From positions 322,169 to 386,168 of the forward strand of contig NW_003314393.1 in the NCBI RefSeq assembly GCF_000143415.4: a DNA stretch of 64,000 bases. Direction: 5' to 3'. This DNA comes from Selaginella moellendorffii (Eukaryota > Plantae > Lycopodiophyta). Position numbers and translations under genes: made by a program. Below, one piece after another: positions 63,190 through 64,000 of the stretch. Under the pieces are notes generated by a model. It was not told where the DNA came from. It worked only from the letters and a program-made list of their open reading frames with translations, and did not search any database. The stretch's first letter is position 1, and the number at the start of each line of letters is the position of its first letter.

Positions 63190-63738
63190 AAAACTCATCT
63201 ATAGTAGACACTGATGGTTTTTTATCCGCAATACAATACTCCTTAAGCCAATTCCACTATTGAAGACTTACATCATGCAAAACCATTAGAATAACCACTA
63301 AAGCCTCTGCATCTTGAGTTCCTCTAGCAACCAAGAACTTCTTCACGTTGGCTAGCCAAGTTAAACACTTGTCCACACCACTATCACTGGAAAAGGTTGG
63401 AATCTTGAGTTGATCTATTAAGGAAGGTTTACTTAGAGCACCACCATGTCTAGCCGTGAGTGCCTCAACACACTTATACATGGTATCCATCATGTCATAC
63501 ATCTCGTCTTGCATCTTTTGCTGATTTTGATTAAGGGCTCACAACTCATGAATAAAATCTTGAATGGTCCAAATCTCTACAACTCCATTAGCACCATCAT
63601 CAACACTACTATCGACAATAGGATTTTAGCATTTAGCTTGGTCTACCATTGCAACCAACTCCTCTGATACCAATGTTATGATCCAACGCAAAAAGAAAAA
63701 GATCTAGTCTCCCTAAAGTATACTACATCTCTTCTTGA
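63190..63738 (-). mobile_element. LTR family B gag start, PBS and LTR truncated by telomere
   Basis: Homolog of 42330-42850. LTR starts at 63674 and stops after ~65 bp. Confidence 0.75.
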
Positions 63739-63741
63739 ACC

Positions 63742-64000
63742 GGTTTAGGGTTTAGGGTTTAGGGTTTAGGGTTTAGGGTTTTAGGGTTTAGGGTTTAGGG
63801 TTTAGGGTTTAGGGTTTAGGGTTTAGGGTTTAGGTTTAGGGTTTACGTTTAGGGTTTAGGGTTTAGGGTTTTAGGGTTTAGGGTTTAGGCTTTTAGGGTT
63901 TTAGGGTTTAGGGTTTAGGGTTTTAGGTTTTTAGGGTTTAGGTGTTAGGGTTTAGGGTTTAGGGTTTAGGGTTTAGGGTTTAGGTTTAGGGGTTTAGGTT
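63742..64000 (+). repeat. Terminal telomere array (TTTAGGG)n
   Basis: Runs to the window end with the G-rich strand pointing outward. Confidence 0.95.

Overview
This is a plant subtelomeric window. TTTAGGG arrays lie at 51.6 kb, 55 kb and the right-hand end. The ~47-64 nt introns suggest a compact-intron non-seed plant such as a lycophyte (inference). Most of the window is nested transposable elements: Ty3/Gypsy remnants and solo LTRs, two LINE fragments and a 5S-bearing Cassandra TRIM. Only three host-type genes are present (LTP-like, frameshifted LRR-RLP, TMEM45/DUF716). The main signal is two unrelated DNA transposons with the same architecture. (1) An 8.8-kb Mutator-like element (15628-24454, GGGCT TSD) has an intact spliced transposase and a divergent 11-exon gene for a ParB/Srx-like domain plus a prokaryote-type beta-class N6A/N4C DNA methyltransferase, with six spaced GGTTC-N6-GAACC palindromes between the genes. 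(2) A Sola-like element (29790-34539, CTAG TSD; second partial copy 55133-59070) has an accessory gene for a ParB-like domain plus an FCP1/SCP-type HAD phosphatase, and carries many ATGGCRTG-N6-CAYGCCAT palindromes. Together these suggest a ParB/parS-like self-recognition module on eukaryotic DNA transposons (hypothesis). A Penelope-like retroelement fragment sits between telomere arrays in the orientation expected for priming at a chromosome end. All domain calls come from motifs read by eye; no database search was run.
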